A stretch of 64,000 nt of DNA from Octopus bimaculoides (lineage: Eukaryota). Of this stretch, positions 35,100-47,848 are shown in pieces. How positions within the stretch are numbered: position 1 is the first letter of the stretch; every line of letters starts with the position of its first letter. The stretch spans positions 11,086,556-11,150,555 of the forward strand of contig NC_068984.1 in assembly GCF_001194135.2 (NCBI RefSeq), in the 5' to 3' direction. Both the position numbers and the translations under genes were made by a program. Below the pieces are notes generated by a model. The model was not told the origin of the DNA and made no database searches. It saw only the letters and a list, made by a program, of their open reading frames with translations.

Positions 35100-35660
35100 G
35101 TCATTCCATCTCCATAGATTCTGAGTTCAAATCCTGCCAAAGTCAATTTTGTCTTTTATCTTTTCTGGGGTGTGTGTGTGTGGGGGGGGGGGGTAATAAA
35201 ATAAAGTTACAGTCAAATACTGGGGTCAACAGGATCATCTAATCTCCTTCCCCTCAAAAATTGCTATCCTTGTGCCTAAATCAGAAAATATTATTTGTTC
35301 ATCTTTATGTTCTGTGTTCAAATTCCACCAAGGTCGACTTTGCCTTTCATCTTTTTGGGGTCAATAAATTAAGTACCAGTAAGACACTGGATTTGATGTA
35401 ATCGATTGTTGTGCCTCCAGTAGAAAGGATTATTATTATTGTAAGGTGGCAAGCTAGGATTGCTAGCATACCAGGAATAGTGCTTTGCTGCATTTCGTCT
35501 GTCTTTACGTTCTGAGTTCAAATACCACCGAGGCCAACTTTGCCTTTCATCCTTTTGGGGTCAATGAAATAAGTACCAGTTAAGCACTGGGATCGCTGTA
35601 ATCGACTAGTTCCCTCCCGACAAATTTCAGGCCTTGTGCCTTTGGTAGAAAGGATTATTA
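35100..35660 (+). mobile_element. Three tandem SINE-B copies or fragments
   Basis: Three ttctg(a/t)gttcaaat B-box/core units near 35120, 35310 and 35510 separated by att-rich tails. Confidence 0.8.
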
Positions 35661-36132
35661 TCATGTGGAAATTTCCTTCATAAATTAGATGTTTAATTAA
35701 TTATAGACCATAATTTAGTTGGAACAACTGAAATTTTGTGCCAATTTTCTTTAGATTATTTATGTGTTCTAATGTTAACCTAAATTCTTGGTCTCCAAGA
35801 ACAAAATCCTCTAAGACTTTGTATATAAGATCATTTCTTGCCATTTCCACTCACAGAAAAGCAAATGATATGCATGTATGATATTGTGTAACCTGAAAAT
35901 ATGAAGAACTCACAAAAGTATTATATTTAGGTTTAGAAGTAGGGTGTCTTGTAAGTGTAGCTGAATAGTTAAGGGCTTTGCTTCATGATCACGAAGTTCT
36001 GGGTTCAATACCACAGCTTGGCATTTTAGGCAAGTATTTTTATTATAACTTTGGGCAAATCCAAACTTTGTTTGTGAAATTGGGTAGAGAGAAACTATAA
36101 AAGCTCATCAGATATGTGTCTGTGTGTGTAGG

Positions 36133-36370
36133 AAGGCGGCGAGCTGGCAGAATCGTTAGCACGCCGGGCGAAATGCTTAGCGGTATTTCGTCTGCCGTTA
36201 CATTCTGAGTTCAAATTCCGCCGAGATCGACTTTACCTTTCATCCTTTCGGGGGGTCGATAAATTAAGTACCAGTTACGCACTGGGGTAAACGTAATCGA
36301 CTTAATCCCTTTGTCTGTCCTTGTTTGTCCTCTTTATGTTTAGCCCCTTGTGGGCAACAAAGAAATAAGA
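36133..36370 (+). mobile_element. SINE family B, young full-length reference copy, inserted in the (TG)n of an older family-D-type SINE
   Basis: aaggcggcgagctggcagaatcgttagcacgccgggcg...; CpG-rich; tail ctttgtctgtccttgtttgtcc...gccccttgtgggcaacaaagaaataag. Confidence 0.92.
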
Positions 36371-36616
36371 TGTGTGTGTGTATGTGTGTTTATACCTTTG
36401 CCTTGACATTATGTGTAAAGCTAATTTTGTATGTTTCTGGTCTTCCTTGAGAAAAATGTCTGGCCATGGGGAAATATTAATGAACTCATAAAGGTGACCA
36501 GCAGAAGTTAGTGTTGTTATTGTTGAAAAGATGGTGAATAACAATTTTGTAGGTTTCTACTAAGTCAGTGGCTAAATATTGAAACTTTGGTAACAATCTG
36601 CTCAAATAAGTTTCTG

Positions 36617-36855
36617 GCCTTGTGGTTAGGATGTTGCATTCAGAAATTAAAGATTGTGGTTTCAATTCCCAGACCAAGCAGTACATTGAGTTCTTGATCA
36701 AAACACTTCATTTCACATTGTTTCAGTTCATTTAATTGTAAAATGAGTCACCATGTGACAGACTGGTGTCCCATTCAGAGGGAGTGTTGTGATCTTGGTC
36801 CATGACATGGAAACCAGCTAACCAGCCCTGAGTCCTGCGAAACAGGACAGGATAG
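36617..36855 (+). mobile_element. SINE family C, diverged
   Basis: tgtggttaggatg...gtttcaattccc; gacagactggtgtcccattcag. Confidence 0.7.
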
Positions 36856-36908
36856 TACTTATTCAAACAGGGTTAGATTTTTCTTTTATCTTTCTCTTTA
36901 TCTATCTA

Positions 36909-37274
36909 TCTTTTACTTGTTTCAGTCATTAAACTGCGACCATACTGGGGCGCTACCTTGAAGAATTTTCAGTCGAACGAATCAACTCCAATATTTCTGG
37001 TGCTTATTCTATCATTCTCTTTTGCCAGACTACTAAATCACAGGGACAATAAACAAACCAACACCAGTTATCATGTGGTCGAGAGCACAAAGGCACACAC
37101 ACATATACACACACGAAGGACTTCTTTCAGCTTTCATCTACCAAATCCACTCACAAGGGTTTGGTTGGTTCGAGGCTATTGTAGAAGACACTTGCCCAAG
37201 GTGCCATACAATAGGACTGAACCCAGGACCATATGGTTGGGAAGCAAACTTCTTACCATACAGCCATGCCTGCA
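36909..37274 (-). mobile_element. SINE family A
   Basis: Reverse complement collinear with the reference. Confidence 0.85.
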
Positions 37275-37898
37275 CCTATATTTATTTATTTATTTGTCAT
37301 GTTCTAATTTTTTTACGACACCACTAAACAAACTATCATAGCAACATCTTCAAAAATTGTAATTATCAGAACAGATTGATAAACTGCATCTTGTGTCTTG
37401 ATAAAATACATTTTACCCCCATTCCTTGTCATCTCTCATCTCTGTAATCAAAAAAATATGTATCTTGATATTCTGTGTTCTGTCATCTTAAATATTGTTG
37501 GTATCATATTAGCTTCAGACCAATTTTTCTTATCATGCATCATTTCGGTTATCTAACAAACAAAGCACTCTACTGCTATTATCACCATCACCACCACCAA
37601 CACCATTGACACACTGTCATTACTCCTGCTACGAACACTCTCATAGTTTGTTCATTATCAAATAATAAGGTATCATATTTTAGATAGGGAGATAGGCAGA
37701 CAGACTGACAGACACATGCATATATATTGTTGACATCATCATCATTGTTTTACATTCCCTCTCCAGCATCCAGTCCATGCTACCATAGAAAGTAGATGTA
37801 AAACAATGATGATATGTATTTGTGTGTGTGTGTGTGTGTGTGTGTGTCTGTAAGCACATACACACACATATATGCCAGTATGAAAAATGGACATTAGA

Positions 37899-37940
<42 letters not shown>

Positions 37941-38051
37941 TCTTTTATTCTTTCACTTGTTTCAGTCATTTGACTGTGGCCATTCTGGAGCATCACCTTT
38001 AGTCGAGCAAATCAACCCCAGGACTTATTCTTTGTAAGCGTAGTAGATTAA

Positions 38052-38149
38052 ATGACTAAGTTTGGAAGATTTTTAATTCAGAACTTTGAAAACAAGACAT
38101 TTGTACTACAGAGCCAGAGCCTGTTTCAGCCGAGTTGGTATCGAAATGG
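38052..38149. mobile_element. piggyBac-type MITE P1, right-end fragment
   Basis: Matches 21868-21966; ends gaaatGG|TTAA. Confidence 0.75.
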
Positions 38150-38961
38150 TTAAGAAGGCCAGACAAAATGCTTCATAACATTTTGTTCATCTTAATGTTC
38201 CAAGCTCAAATTTCCACTGAGGTCAACTTCACCTTTCATTCTTTCTCTGGATGTTCAACATCAAAGAAAGATAAGATTATACAAGATTGAGATTCGTGTT
38301 AGCATATGCCCTTTGGGATACTTTTAAGCCATCATATACCCACTCCACCATGCTAGCAAGTAAAAGTGGTTATTAAAATGATTATAATGATAATGATGTT
38401 CATGATACTATCTGTTATTCGGTGTTCAACTTATTGATAAATAATAATACATAAAAATGTACCGGCATGGGACTTGAAAACTGCATTCCTGCATTTCATG
38501 GAGATTAAAAACTGCATCATTTCCTTAAATATTCCTATGTTTTGTCAAAATGCATCCCTCATAACTTACCTTTAAATAAGAAACTTTCTTCCTTCTCCAA
38601 CACACAATTTATTGAGTTTTTTTAAAATAGGTGTGAAGCTGCAAATTCAATGAATGCATCAATATAAGAGTAACTAGCTGCACATTCTCATAAGTCTAGT
38701 CTATGTAGTTTGAAAAAAGTTAGGAGTAAAGAAATGAGGGTTGCATTCTCACACTTTGTGATGTGTGTAACACCTGTTCGAAGAATAAAAATAGATTAGT
38801 TATTTGCAGCTGTGTGCACTTGTGTAAATCTGGTTGCTCTATGTTACAAGTTTGTGCATCTGTTCATCAATGTACATGCAACCAGAGAGAATTTGCTGGT
38901 TAATAATAATTATGGATGGTTAATTTATTTATTGGCACACGTCCCAAACTGGGAGCTTGTA

Positions 38962-38962
<1 letters not shown>

Positions 38963-38999
<37 letters not shown>

Positions 39000-39126
39000 T
39001 CTCACACACATGCACACACTCACACACACATACACACACTCACACACACATACACACTCATACACACACACACACTCACACTCATACACACACACACACT
39101 CACACCCATACACACACATACACACA

Positions 39127-39164
<38 letters not shown>
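38963..39164. repeat. Long imperfect (CA)n tract
   Basis: CA/CT/TA dinucleotide mosaic. Confidence 0.95.
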
Positions 39165-39165
<1 letters not shown>

Positions 39166-39937
39166 CAGGTATTGTGTTGTGTATGTAATTTGTAGGAAAG
39201 TTGGGAAACCTGCCTAATATTTTATGCATATTATAATTGTCATTAATTTTTGCTGCTGTAATTACTTCTTTTTTTTTATATTGAGTATTTTAACTTCTGA
39301 TGGTAATTGATTTGGCATCTTTCTGACCCTTTTTTCCATTCCTCCCTTTAATTTGGCTTTTAGTTGACCTTCTCTTCAACCTCTGCTTATAATATATCCA
39401 CCACTCTCCAGACAGTCTCTTCTCCTCTGAAAGTCATTAGGCAGGTCTTCTGGACCCCTATTCTTAATCCCTATCCCTACCCTTTATTTTCATAGAAGTG
39501 GAAAGGATGTCATGCAGCTTAATGATTCTGATGATGGATTTAGTAGGTTTATGGCATCTGACAAGTACTATCCAAAAGTATTTACTGGGCTAACTTGATG
39601 CTTCTTAACCCCTTCCTTCCACCGTTGTCAGAATCAGAAAGGGTTAAGGGGCTACTAAAAAAAAAAAAATAACTATTCTTAGATTCAAATAACCATGTCC
39701 TTTCTCATATTGATTTATTTTGTCTAAGCACAAGACTGACTTTTGTTTAATGGATAGAGTTGATGGAACCAGGCTTGTATTTGGGTACTTTTTTCAATAA
39801 TTCTGGTGGGGTTTGAAAATGGTGGAGCTTATGTGAGTAGAACATGAACAGTGGACTATAAATCTGTAACACATGCATTAATTTAGTTCTGTTATTTCTG
39901 CCAATTCCACAAACAACCATTTTTTGTCTTTAAATAT

Positions 39938-40180
39938 TTATTTCTTTATTGCCCACAAGGGGCTAAACATAGAGGGAACAAACAAGGACAGACAAAGGGA
40001 TTAAGTCAATTACATCAAACCAGTGTGTAATTGGTACTTATTTAATTGACCCCCCCCCTCCCCGAAAGGATGAAAGGCAAAGTCGACCTCGGCAGAATTT
40101 CAACTCAGAAAGTAATGGCATATGAAATACCACTAAGTGTTTTGCCCAGCATACTAACATTTCTTCTAGTTCGCCGCCCT
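39938..40180 (-). mobile_element. SINE family B, full length
   Basis: Reverse complement of 36133-36370. Confidence 0.88.
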
Positions 40181-40430
40181 TTTTTCTTTAAATATTACTA
40201 TTTTCTTTAGTAATTTCTAAGCAAAAACATTTGCTGGTTTTCTTAAAATTATTTCTGCTTTCCGTCCTCTCTTTTACCCTCTTCCAATGTTTTGTAGGAT
40301 ACCTGAGAACTGTATATGCTCATCAGAGGGCAAAGTGGCAGGGATCATTAATGTTGGACAAAATGTTTTGCAGTTTGTATTCTTGCACTTTATGTTCTGA
40401 GTTCAAACTGCTTTGGACAACTTTGCTTTT

Positions 40431-40489
40431 CGTTGAGAGGACATTGGTGTTGCCTTGGCAGAGGTTTGCACTTTCTGAGTGCTCTTGTT
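40431..40489 (-). mobile_element. 5'-end fragment of the Helentron-type element, next to (TAA)n
   Basis: Minus strand aacaagagcactcagaaagtgcaaacctctgccaaggcaacaccaatgtcctctcaacg matches 43599-43657. Confidence 0.8.
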
Positions 40490-43400
40490 ATTATTATTAT
40501 TATTATTAGCTGCAGCTACAGACTAGTATATACTCTAAATTTATGTTCCATCTAGATAATAGTATTTTAACACATTAGACCTTTTGTTGTATTTATGTAT
40601 TTACTTTATATCCTACAAGGGAGAATATAATGTGACCTCCACATTTTGTACAGAGAAAAAAGTCAGTAATATATATTTTATCCCCTTTTTGTTTTATTAC
40701 ACTCCAAATATGATGTTCCCCTACAATGTTGATGCTGATCTTTGACTTGTATCAAATTTCATGCATTTTACAGTAGGCTGTTGAAAACTGGGTCTTTGAA
40801 TTATAATGTATATATGAATGTTTTATGTCTTCTTTTAGTTACAGTTGTGTTTCAGTGGGATGGGTAGTAAAAAGGAGTCAAAAACAAAAAGGCAGTTTGT
40901 TTTTTCCCTTTAGATTATCATTCTCACACCATCCACAACCAAACAGAGTCACCTCATTCCTACCACAATTCCCTGCCCTTCACCCTGGTCCCTCTTTCCT
41001 CACCAAAAACTACCCCAAGTCACTTGACATTAATCTGAAATGAGATAATTCTGCAACACCATGTGATGGGTTTTTTTATTTGCTTTTTTCTTCCCCTACC
41101 AACTTTAAGCCATGTAAACTCAATGAACAAGAAGTGAATGTCTATGTAATTGTATATTTTGGAAATACACAAAGAATATTTGCTGATTCAGAAGAACAGG
41201 AATTTCTTAAAACCAAAACTACATAAAAAAAAACAAACAAAAAAAATGTCTGACTTCAAATTACCAGTGCTAATGAGGAAACCTTATGCAGTCCTCTGAA
41301 TCTGGTAGAAATAGAAGCTAAACCTTCCTCAAATCATGACCTATCTCTTTAAAAAGGGAAGGACATAGTGGATAATATAGTACTGGATAAACTTAAAAGG
41401 GATGGTCATGGCTGGAATGTCTTTATCATTATTATCATCTTCAGAGCCTTAATCATTAGTTATGAAGGCTTTCATTATCCTTATATCTCTGTTGTTGTCA
41501 TCAAAGTTCATTATCACCATCATTATTTCTGTTTCTCTATAATAAAATCTTGTGTCAGTAATATAATCTCTTCATGGTAGGTCAACTTGCTAGATGTAGC
41601 AGTCAAATCTCCCTCAGTGGAAAAGAGATTCCTTAAAATCAATCTACATCCAACAAAAAAATACATGCTTATCATATTTCAAATCATCATTGCAAAAGGA
41701 AACCGCTAGGTGATCACTTAACCTGCTAGAAATAGCAGCAAAATCTTCCTAAAATCAAATCCTATGGTCTTCAAAATTAAATGTCACATTAAATAATCTA
41801 GATATAGATATACATTGTTCTCTGACACAGAAATAAAGTGATTATCACAAGAACAACTCCAATTTATAGGCCTACTCAGTCAAGATTGATTTGAGTATTT
41901 ATAAGTAAAGTCTATACTTAACTGAGGAGGTCTGATAATAAAGAAACCTGTTTGCTGTTGCCTCCCATACTTTCTAGACTAAAATATGAGTTATTAAGCT
42001 TTCGTTATCTTTCCTTTGCTGCATTTTTTATTATTTTTATTTCCTGCATTAAATATGCTAACACTTATATAACTACATTGAATGGCTTGTAATATCACCA
42101 TTTTTTTTTTTGTGTCAAACGAGAGAGGGAAAGAAAAGAACACTGGTTTTATTCTATTAGTTCCAACTGTAACCAAAATAAGGTCTTGAGAGAAATGAAC
42201 AGATGTTATTGTCTGGAATGTAACACCAGCAAATATAAAACTCGGTTTTCTGTGACATGCACAGATGGGTTTCAAAATACAATACGTTTTTATAGCGCCA
42301 GTTAAAGAAAAAAAAATTATTCGAAAAGTAGCTATTATTAAAGTAAATTATATTTTCCTGTCTGGATAAACAAAATTTAAAGGAATTATATATTAGAGTA
42401 AATATGTTGCCAATTTTCCATTCTCGTTGATTAAATTATATTTTATGAGTTCTATACTCTAAGGGAAATAACTTTTAGTCTCACCTTGTTTCCACCAGTT
42501 TCTTGTCATAGCAATGTTTTTATTTTATTTTTTTTTTAATTAGATCAAATTTTCTTCGGATATTTTGTTAATAATAATTATTATTCTACAATTGAAAAGA
42601 ATTTGTAAACATCAATTTTCTCCTTCTTATTTTTCGTTAAACGCTTCCTTAATAAATATTGTTTTCTACATAATGTGGTTTATTCAAGGGACATAACAAC
42701 CTCATATTCAGGTTTAGTCACCGTCTCTCCTTTTCTTTTTAATTAGCTTTTGACTAATCGTCTAAATCAAAATAAATAAATAAAATTATTAGTTTTGATT
42801 ATTTCCTGTTTGTTAACAATGGTAATTGTTTGTTCCTGTCTCCTTAACAGTTTTAACATTCGTTGAAATACCTCTCCCTTGTATAGTTATTGAGAACTCA
42901 CATTATTTTACAGAAAGAAAAAACATGACTCATTTTTGATACAATTCTTTATATTTTTGTTTTTTCGTAAAACATTGCTGCTTAACAATGAAAATTTTAA
43001 TTTTCTGTTTATAGAGCTGGGCTTATTTAATAAGGACAAAAAAATATTATAATTGTTTCTAACTGTAGCACAAAGCCAGAGATTTTGAGGGGAGGGGTTA
43101 ATTGATGCCATAGACCCCAGTACTTCATTGGTACTTTATTTTATCAATCCCGAAAGAATGAAAGGCAAAGTTGACCTCAGCAATGCAAAGAGAAATGTCA
43201 CTAAACTGTTAGTCCAGAGAGCCAGCAATTCTGCTTAATATCATCATTGTCATTTAACGTCCATTTTCCATGCTGGCATGGGTTGGACAGTTTGGCTGAA
43301 AACTGGTAAGCTGGGGGAGCTGCACTGGGCTTCAATCTGATTTGGCTTGGTTTCTACAGCTATATGCCCTTCCTAATGCCAACCACTCCAAGACTGTAAC

Positions 43401-43598
43401 AGGTGCTTTTTTTCACGGCACCAACATGGGTACCAGTTAAAAAAACAATGGCATCAGCTGCAGCTATGATCTCACTTGCCTTGACAGGTCTTCTCAAGCA
43501 CAGTATATTGCCAAAGGGCTCGGTCACTTGTCACTGCCTTTTGAGGCCCACATGTCACCGACATAGGAGCCAGACATAATAATAATAATAATAATAAC

Positions 43599-43968
43599 AA
43601 CAAGAGCACTCAGAGAGTACAAACCTTTGCCAAAGCAACACCAACGTCCTCTCAATGATTAGCCGGAGATGATTTTTAAAATAAGAATATCTGAAATAAA
43701 CTCAACTGCTCTCACAAACGAGAATACTAAAAATGAACCTGACCTCTCTCAAAAATGAAGTAAAAAAACCAGAAAAATAATCCAGAATCCTTGTCCGGTA
43801 CTGGATCGATCCCATAATCTAATCAGTTTGTGCTAGTCATGAGGCTAAACATCCCTGAAAGTTTCATCAGAATCCATCCAGTGGTTCTTGAGATATCTTG
43901 TCCGCGGACAAACAAACAAACAAGCACAACTGAAAACAATGCCTCCGCCTTCGCTGAGGCGGAGGTAA
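43599..43968 (+). mobile_element. Non-autonomous Helentron/DINE-like rolling-circle element
   Basis: 3' hairpin cctccgcct-tcgctg-aggcggagg (43942-43965), similar 5' subterminal motif acctttgccaaag, gaaagtttcatcagaatccatccagtggttcttgagatatc core, (ACAA)n; (TAA)n on both flanks. Confidence 0.75.
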
Positions 43969-44310
43969 TAATAATAATAATAATAATAATAATCCTTTCT
44001 ACTATAGTGTTTGAAAAATGATATTTAACTGAAATTTCGAGGGAGGAGGCCAAGTTGATTACATCGACCCCAGTGTATAACTGGTACTTATTTCATCAGC
44101 TCTGAAAGGATGAAAGGCAAAGTCAACCTCGGCAACTTAATAATTGAGGCATAAGGCCAACAATTTCGTGAGGTGTATATTAGTCAATACAATCAACCCA
44201 GTACTTAAGTGGTTCTTTATTTTATCAGCACCAAAAGGATGATAGGCAAAGTTGACCATGGCAGGGTTTGAACTCAGAACATAGCAAAAAAAGGAAAAAA
44301 AAAAAACAAG

Positions 44311-44462
44311 GTGGCTGTGTGGTAAGAAGCTTGCTTCCGAACCACATGGTTCCAAATTCAGTCCCACTGTGTGGCACCTTGGGTAAGTGTCTTCTACTAT
44401 AGCCTCAGGCCAACCAAAGCCTTGTGAGTGGATTTGGCAGACAGAAAGTGAAAGAAGCCCGT

Positions 44463-44499
<37 letters not shown>

Positions 44500-44712
44500 G
44501 TATTTGTGTGTCTGTGTTTGTCCTCCCACCATCACTTGACAACCAATGTTGGTGTGTTTGCATCCCCATAACTTGGCAGTTCAGCAAAAGAGACCAATAC
44601 AATGAGTACTAGGCTTACAAAGAATAAGCCCTGGGGTCGATTTGTTCAACTAAAGGTGGTGCTCCAGCATGGCTGCAGTCAAATGATTGAGACAGGTTAT
44701 AGAATAAAAGAA
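44311..44712 (+). mobile_element. SINE family A, full length
   Basis: Collinear with the reference. Confidence 0.88.
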
Positions 44713-45246
44713 TACAACCGGGCATATTTTGTCCGACTCTCTCTCTTGTGCCGGAAAAATTGCTGTGAAATGTTTGTTCTGGTTTTTTTACTTTCTAGGT
44801 TAAAATCCTGCCAAAATCTATTCTACCTGTCATGCTTTTCAGGGTTGATAAAATAAGGTACCATAGAATTACTGAGATCAAGGTTATTGGCTTACTCCCC
44901 TCTTGGAATTATTGGCTTTGTGCCAAAATTAGGAGCTGTTGAAGGTTGTGAGCTGTCAGATTCATTAGCACATTGGTAAAAATGCCTTGTGGTATTTCTT
45001 CTGTTTCCTTACATTCCTAGCTTAAATCTTACTGAGGTCAGCTTTGCCTTTCATCCCTTCAGGGGTCAATGAAACAGTCAAATAATGGGGTTGATGTTGT
45101 CAATTAACCCCTTCCCTCAAACTTGCTCCCCTTGTGCTGAAATTAGAAACAATTGCTTTATAGTGATATATTTCTGAATGGTTGTTTGTAGGTTAGTATG
45201 TGATATCTTCATCATTATTGCCATTTAATGTCTGCTTTCCAATATC

Positions 45247-45857
45247 TGTTCAGTTTGGCTCACAGATGTTCTGATTAATTTTTTTTAACCAAACAGTTTG
45301 AAACTTCGTATACTGGTGGAATGTCTCAGACAGTACATGGTTTACTTTGAACATTTTTGACAAAATTTGGTATTTTAGAAGTTATTTTGTGTTAAAGTTG
45401 TCGTATTTGGGTAAATTCAACCAATCAACAACATGTATTCGGGTGAAGAAAGCTATTGCTGTTTGTCATAATAATGGAAGAGGAACAATTTTCTGGGTCA
45501 CCTCAGCTAAATGTCACCACTGTTCTATTCATATGGCGAGTGAAGACAATACCACCTTTATCCTTTCTTCCTTTCTAGTCAGTACTGTGAATTCCTTACT
45601 CTTTTCCCCCCAGAAGTTCTTCTCTTTGGTTACTATTGCAAACAGCAGTAGCTTTCTTCAACCAAATACACATTATTGATTGGTCGAAATTACCCAAATA
45701 TGACAAATTTAGCATGAAATAACTTCTAAAATACCAAATTTTGTTAAAAATGTTCAAAGTAAACTGTGTTCTGCCTGAAACATTCCACCAGTATACGAAG
45801 TTTCAAACTGTTTGGTTAAAAAAGATTAACTAAAACATTTGTGAGCCAAACTGAACA
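45247..45857. mobile_element. Fold-back element with about 250-bp inverted arms and a 111-bp spacer (Mutator/Foldback-like)
   Basis: Arm 45247-45497 is the reverse complement of 45609-45857 (outer 190 bp roughly 85-90% identical by eye); inserted in an RTE tail. Confidence 0.8.
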
Positions 45858-46167
45858 TCCACTTTCCATGCTGCCATAGGTTGGATGGTTCAACAGGAAC
45901 CATCCATACAGAGGACTGTGTCAAGTTCCAGTGTGTGTTAGATATAGCTACTACAGCCTGATGCAATTCCTCATGCCAACCTCTTAACAGAATGTATTGG
46001 CTGTTTTTTGTGTGTGTGTGCAATTCTGGCACTAATGAGGTCAACAGGTAACTCACTAGACAAGACCCCTCAACTGTGTGGAGCTGTAGAATTAAGGGAG
46101 GTAGATGGATGATAAAGAGACCAGAACAGCTGTCCTCATGAAGAGAAGATACATGGTTTCACAACAG

Positions 46168-46210
<43 letters not shown>

Positions 46211-46403
46211 TGAAAGTGTACCCTTGAGGTATAAGGTGAATATAGGAGAGAAAGAGATTGGGTTGAGGAGTAGAAAGGGTGAGAGTTGGTAGCTAAGTAT
46301 GCAAGAATGTGAAAGAAGTGTGACATAGTTAAAGATGGACACCAATTNNNNNNNNNNNNNNNCCTCCACCAATTTGTTTGATTTTTCTGTAAAAGAAACA
46401 CGT

Positions 46404-46633
46404 AATGTTGTTAACTTTTTGGTTTTCTCTCTCTGTTTGCGTACAACAAACCACCTTGATAAACATATTGTGATTCTCTCTAAACTACTTCGTATAAACC
46501 ACCATCGCAAACCTCTCTTAGAAACCACCCCTGTAAAACGTGTCTTACAATGTCATTAACTTCTTGATTTTTCTCTCTGTTTACATACATCAAACTACCT
46601 TGATAAACAAATTGTAATTCTCTCTAAACTACT
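46404..46633. repeat. Direct duplication of about 85 bp, period 145 bp
   Basis: ttaact..tt.ttctctctgttt...aaac.accttgataaaca.attgt.attctctctaaactact at 46411-46489 and 46556-46633. Confidence 0.85.
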
Positions 46634-46952
46634 CATAAAACCTGTCTTATAAGCTACCTTGGTAAACCTGTCATATGTCTCTGTCATCTATTCTCAACTC
46701 TTATCAATCACTAGAATCAAAAATAATATAAAATGAATGTTTGTTTGTTCTTGTTTCTTTTTTACTTCCTTAAGCTTTTCAATATTAGTTTATTTCAATT
46801 CAGCAGATGGAATTATTGATTTTTATGTTTTTCCATTTATTTATATATTTATTCATCATGTTTTTTAACAAAATTCAATTTATTCCATTAGTCGCAGATG
46901 ATTTATTGACAATATGGACAGCATTCTATTGTATTTATTTCTTGAAAAAGAA

Positions 46953-46988
<36 letters not shown>

Positions 46989-47848
46989 GGATTAGAGTTT
47001 GAGAAATGATATTTAACTGTTGGTCTTGAAAATCTTGCTACAAGCACTTTGAATTATGTCCTTAAAAGTAAGACAGATTACATTAACTCTTATCCGAATT
47101 TATTGCTGAGTTTATTCGAGTGTTAAGCATGGCTGTGTGGTTAAGAAGCTTGCTTTGCAACTGTGTGGTTTCGGGTTCAGTTCCACTGCACTGCAACTTG
47201 GGCAAGTGTTTTCTACTATAGACCTGGGCCAACCAATACCTTGTAAGTGGAAGATGAAAACTGTGTGGAAATCATTGTTGTGTATGTGTTGTAAAGTGGG
47301 TTCCTCCCACTGGTGTGATGTGTGACTGCCATTGTACTGTAGTTGCTGTTTTACGCTAGCAGCCACAATAGTTACTAGTCATTGGATACTGTTGCATCTC
47401 TTCATACTAGAATAGTAATATGCTAACTTCTTCTGTCTTACTATCGCTGATAGCTCCACAAGACACCGACTAGAACTATCGACTCTCAACTCATCAACTC
47501 TCAACCCTCTCTTGATGACTGGCTACTGGTCTATTTATAACAGCTGTCTCCTACCACTTTTTTACTGGGAGGGGTATACAGTTTCACCACTTGACAACCA
47601 GTGTTGGTTTCTTTCTGTCCTTGTAACTTAGCAGCTCAGCAAAAGAAACTGCTAAAATAAATATCAGACTTTACAAAATAAGCACTAGGTTTGATTTATT
47701 CAACCCTTCAAGGTGATGCCCCAGCATGGCCACAGTTCAATAACTGAAACAAGTAAAAGCTAAAATAAACTCCTGTAGATGTCCCTAACCACTGGGTCTT
47801 ATAAAACATGGGCTTACATACTTCCTGACATCTGTTATTTAGTCCTAG

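Noticed and set aside
12168-38700. A stitched minus-strand gene (38700 UTR exon, 27202 signal exon, middle exons near 16920-16858 and 14716-14622, terminal exon 12245)
   Set aside because: Phases can be made to fit only by picking weak sites; with this much AT-rich DNA such models are easy to overfit. Individual candidates are reported separately.
38812-39217. Long HT/CV/YI/ER-repeat ORFs here and at 13712-14176, 55774-56217, 60055-60548 and elsewhere
   Set aside because: Translations of dinucleotide microsatellites, which lack stop codons by construction.
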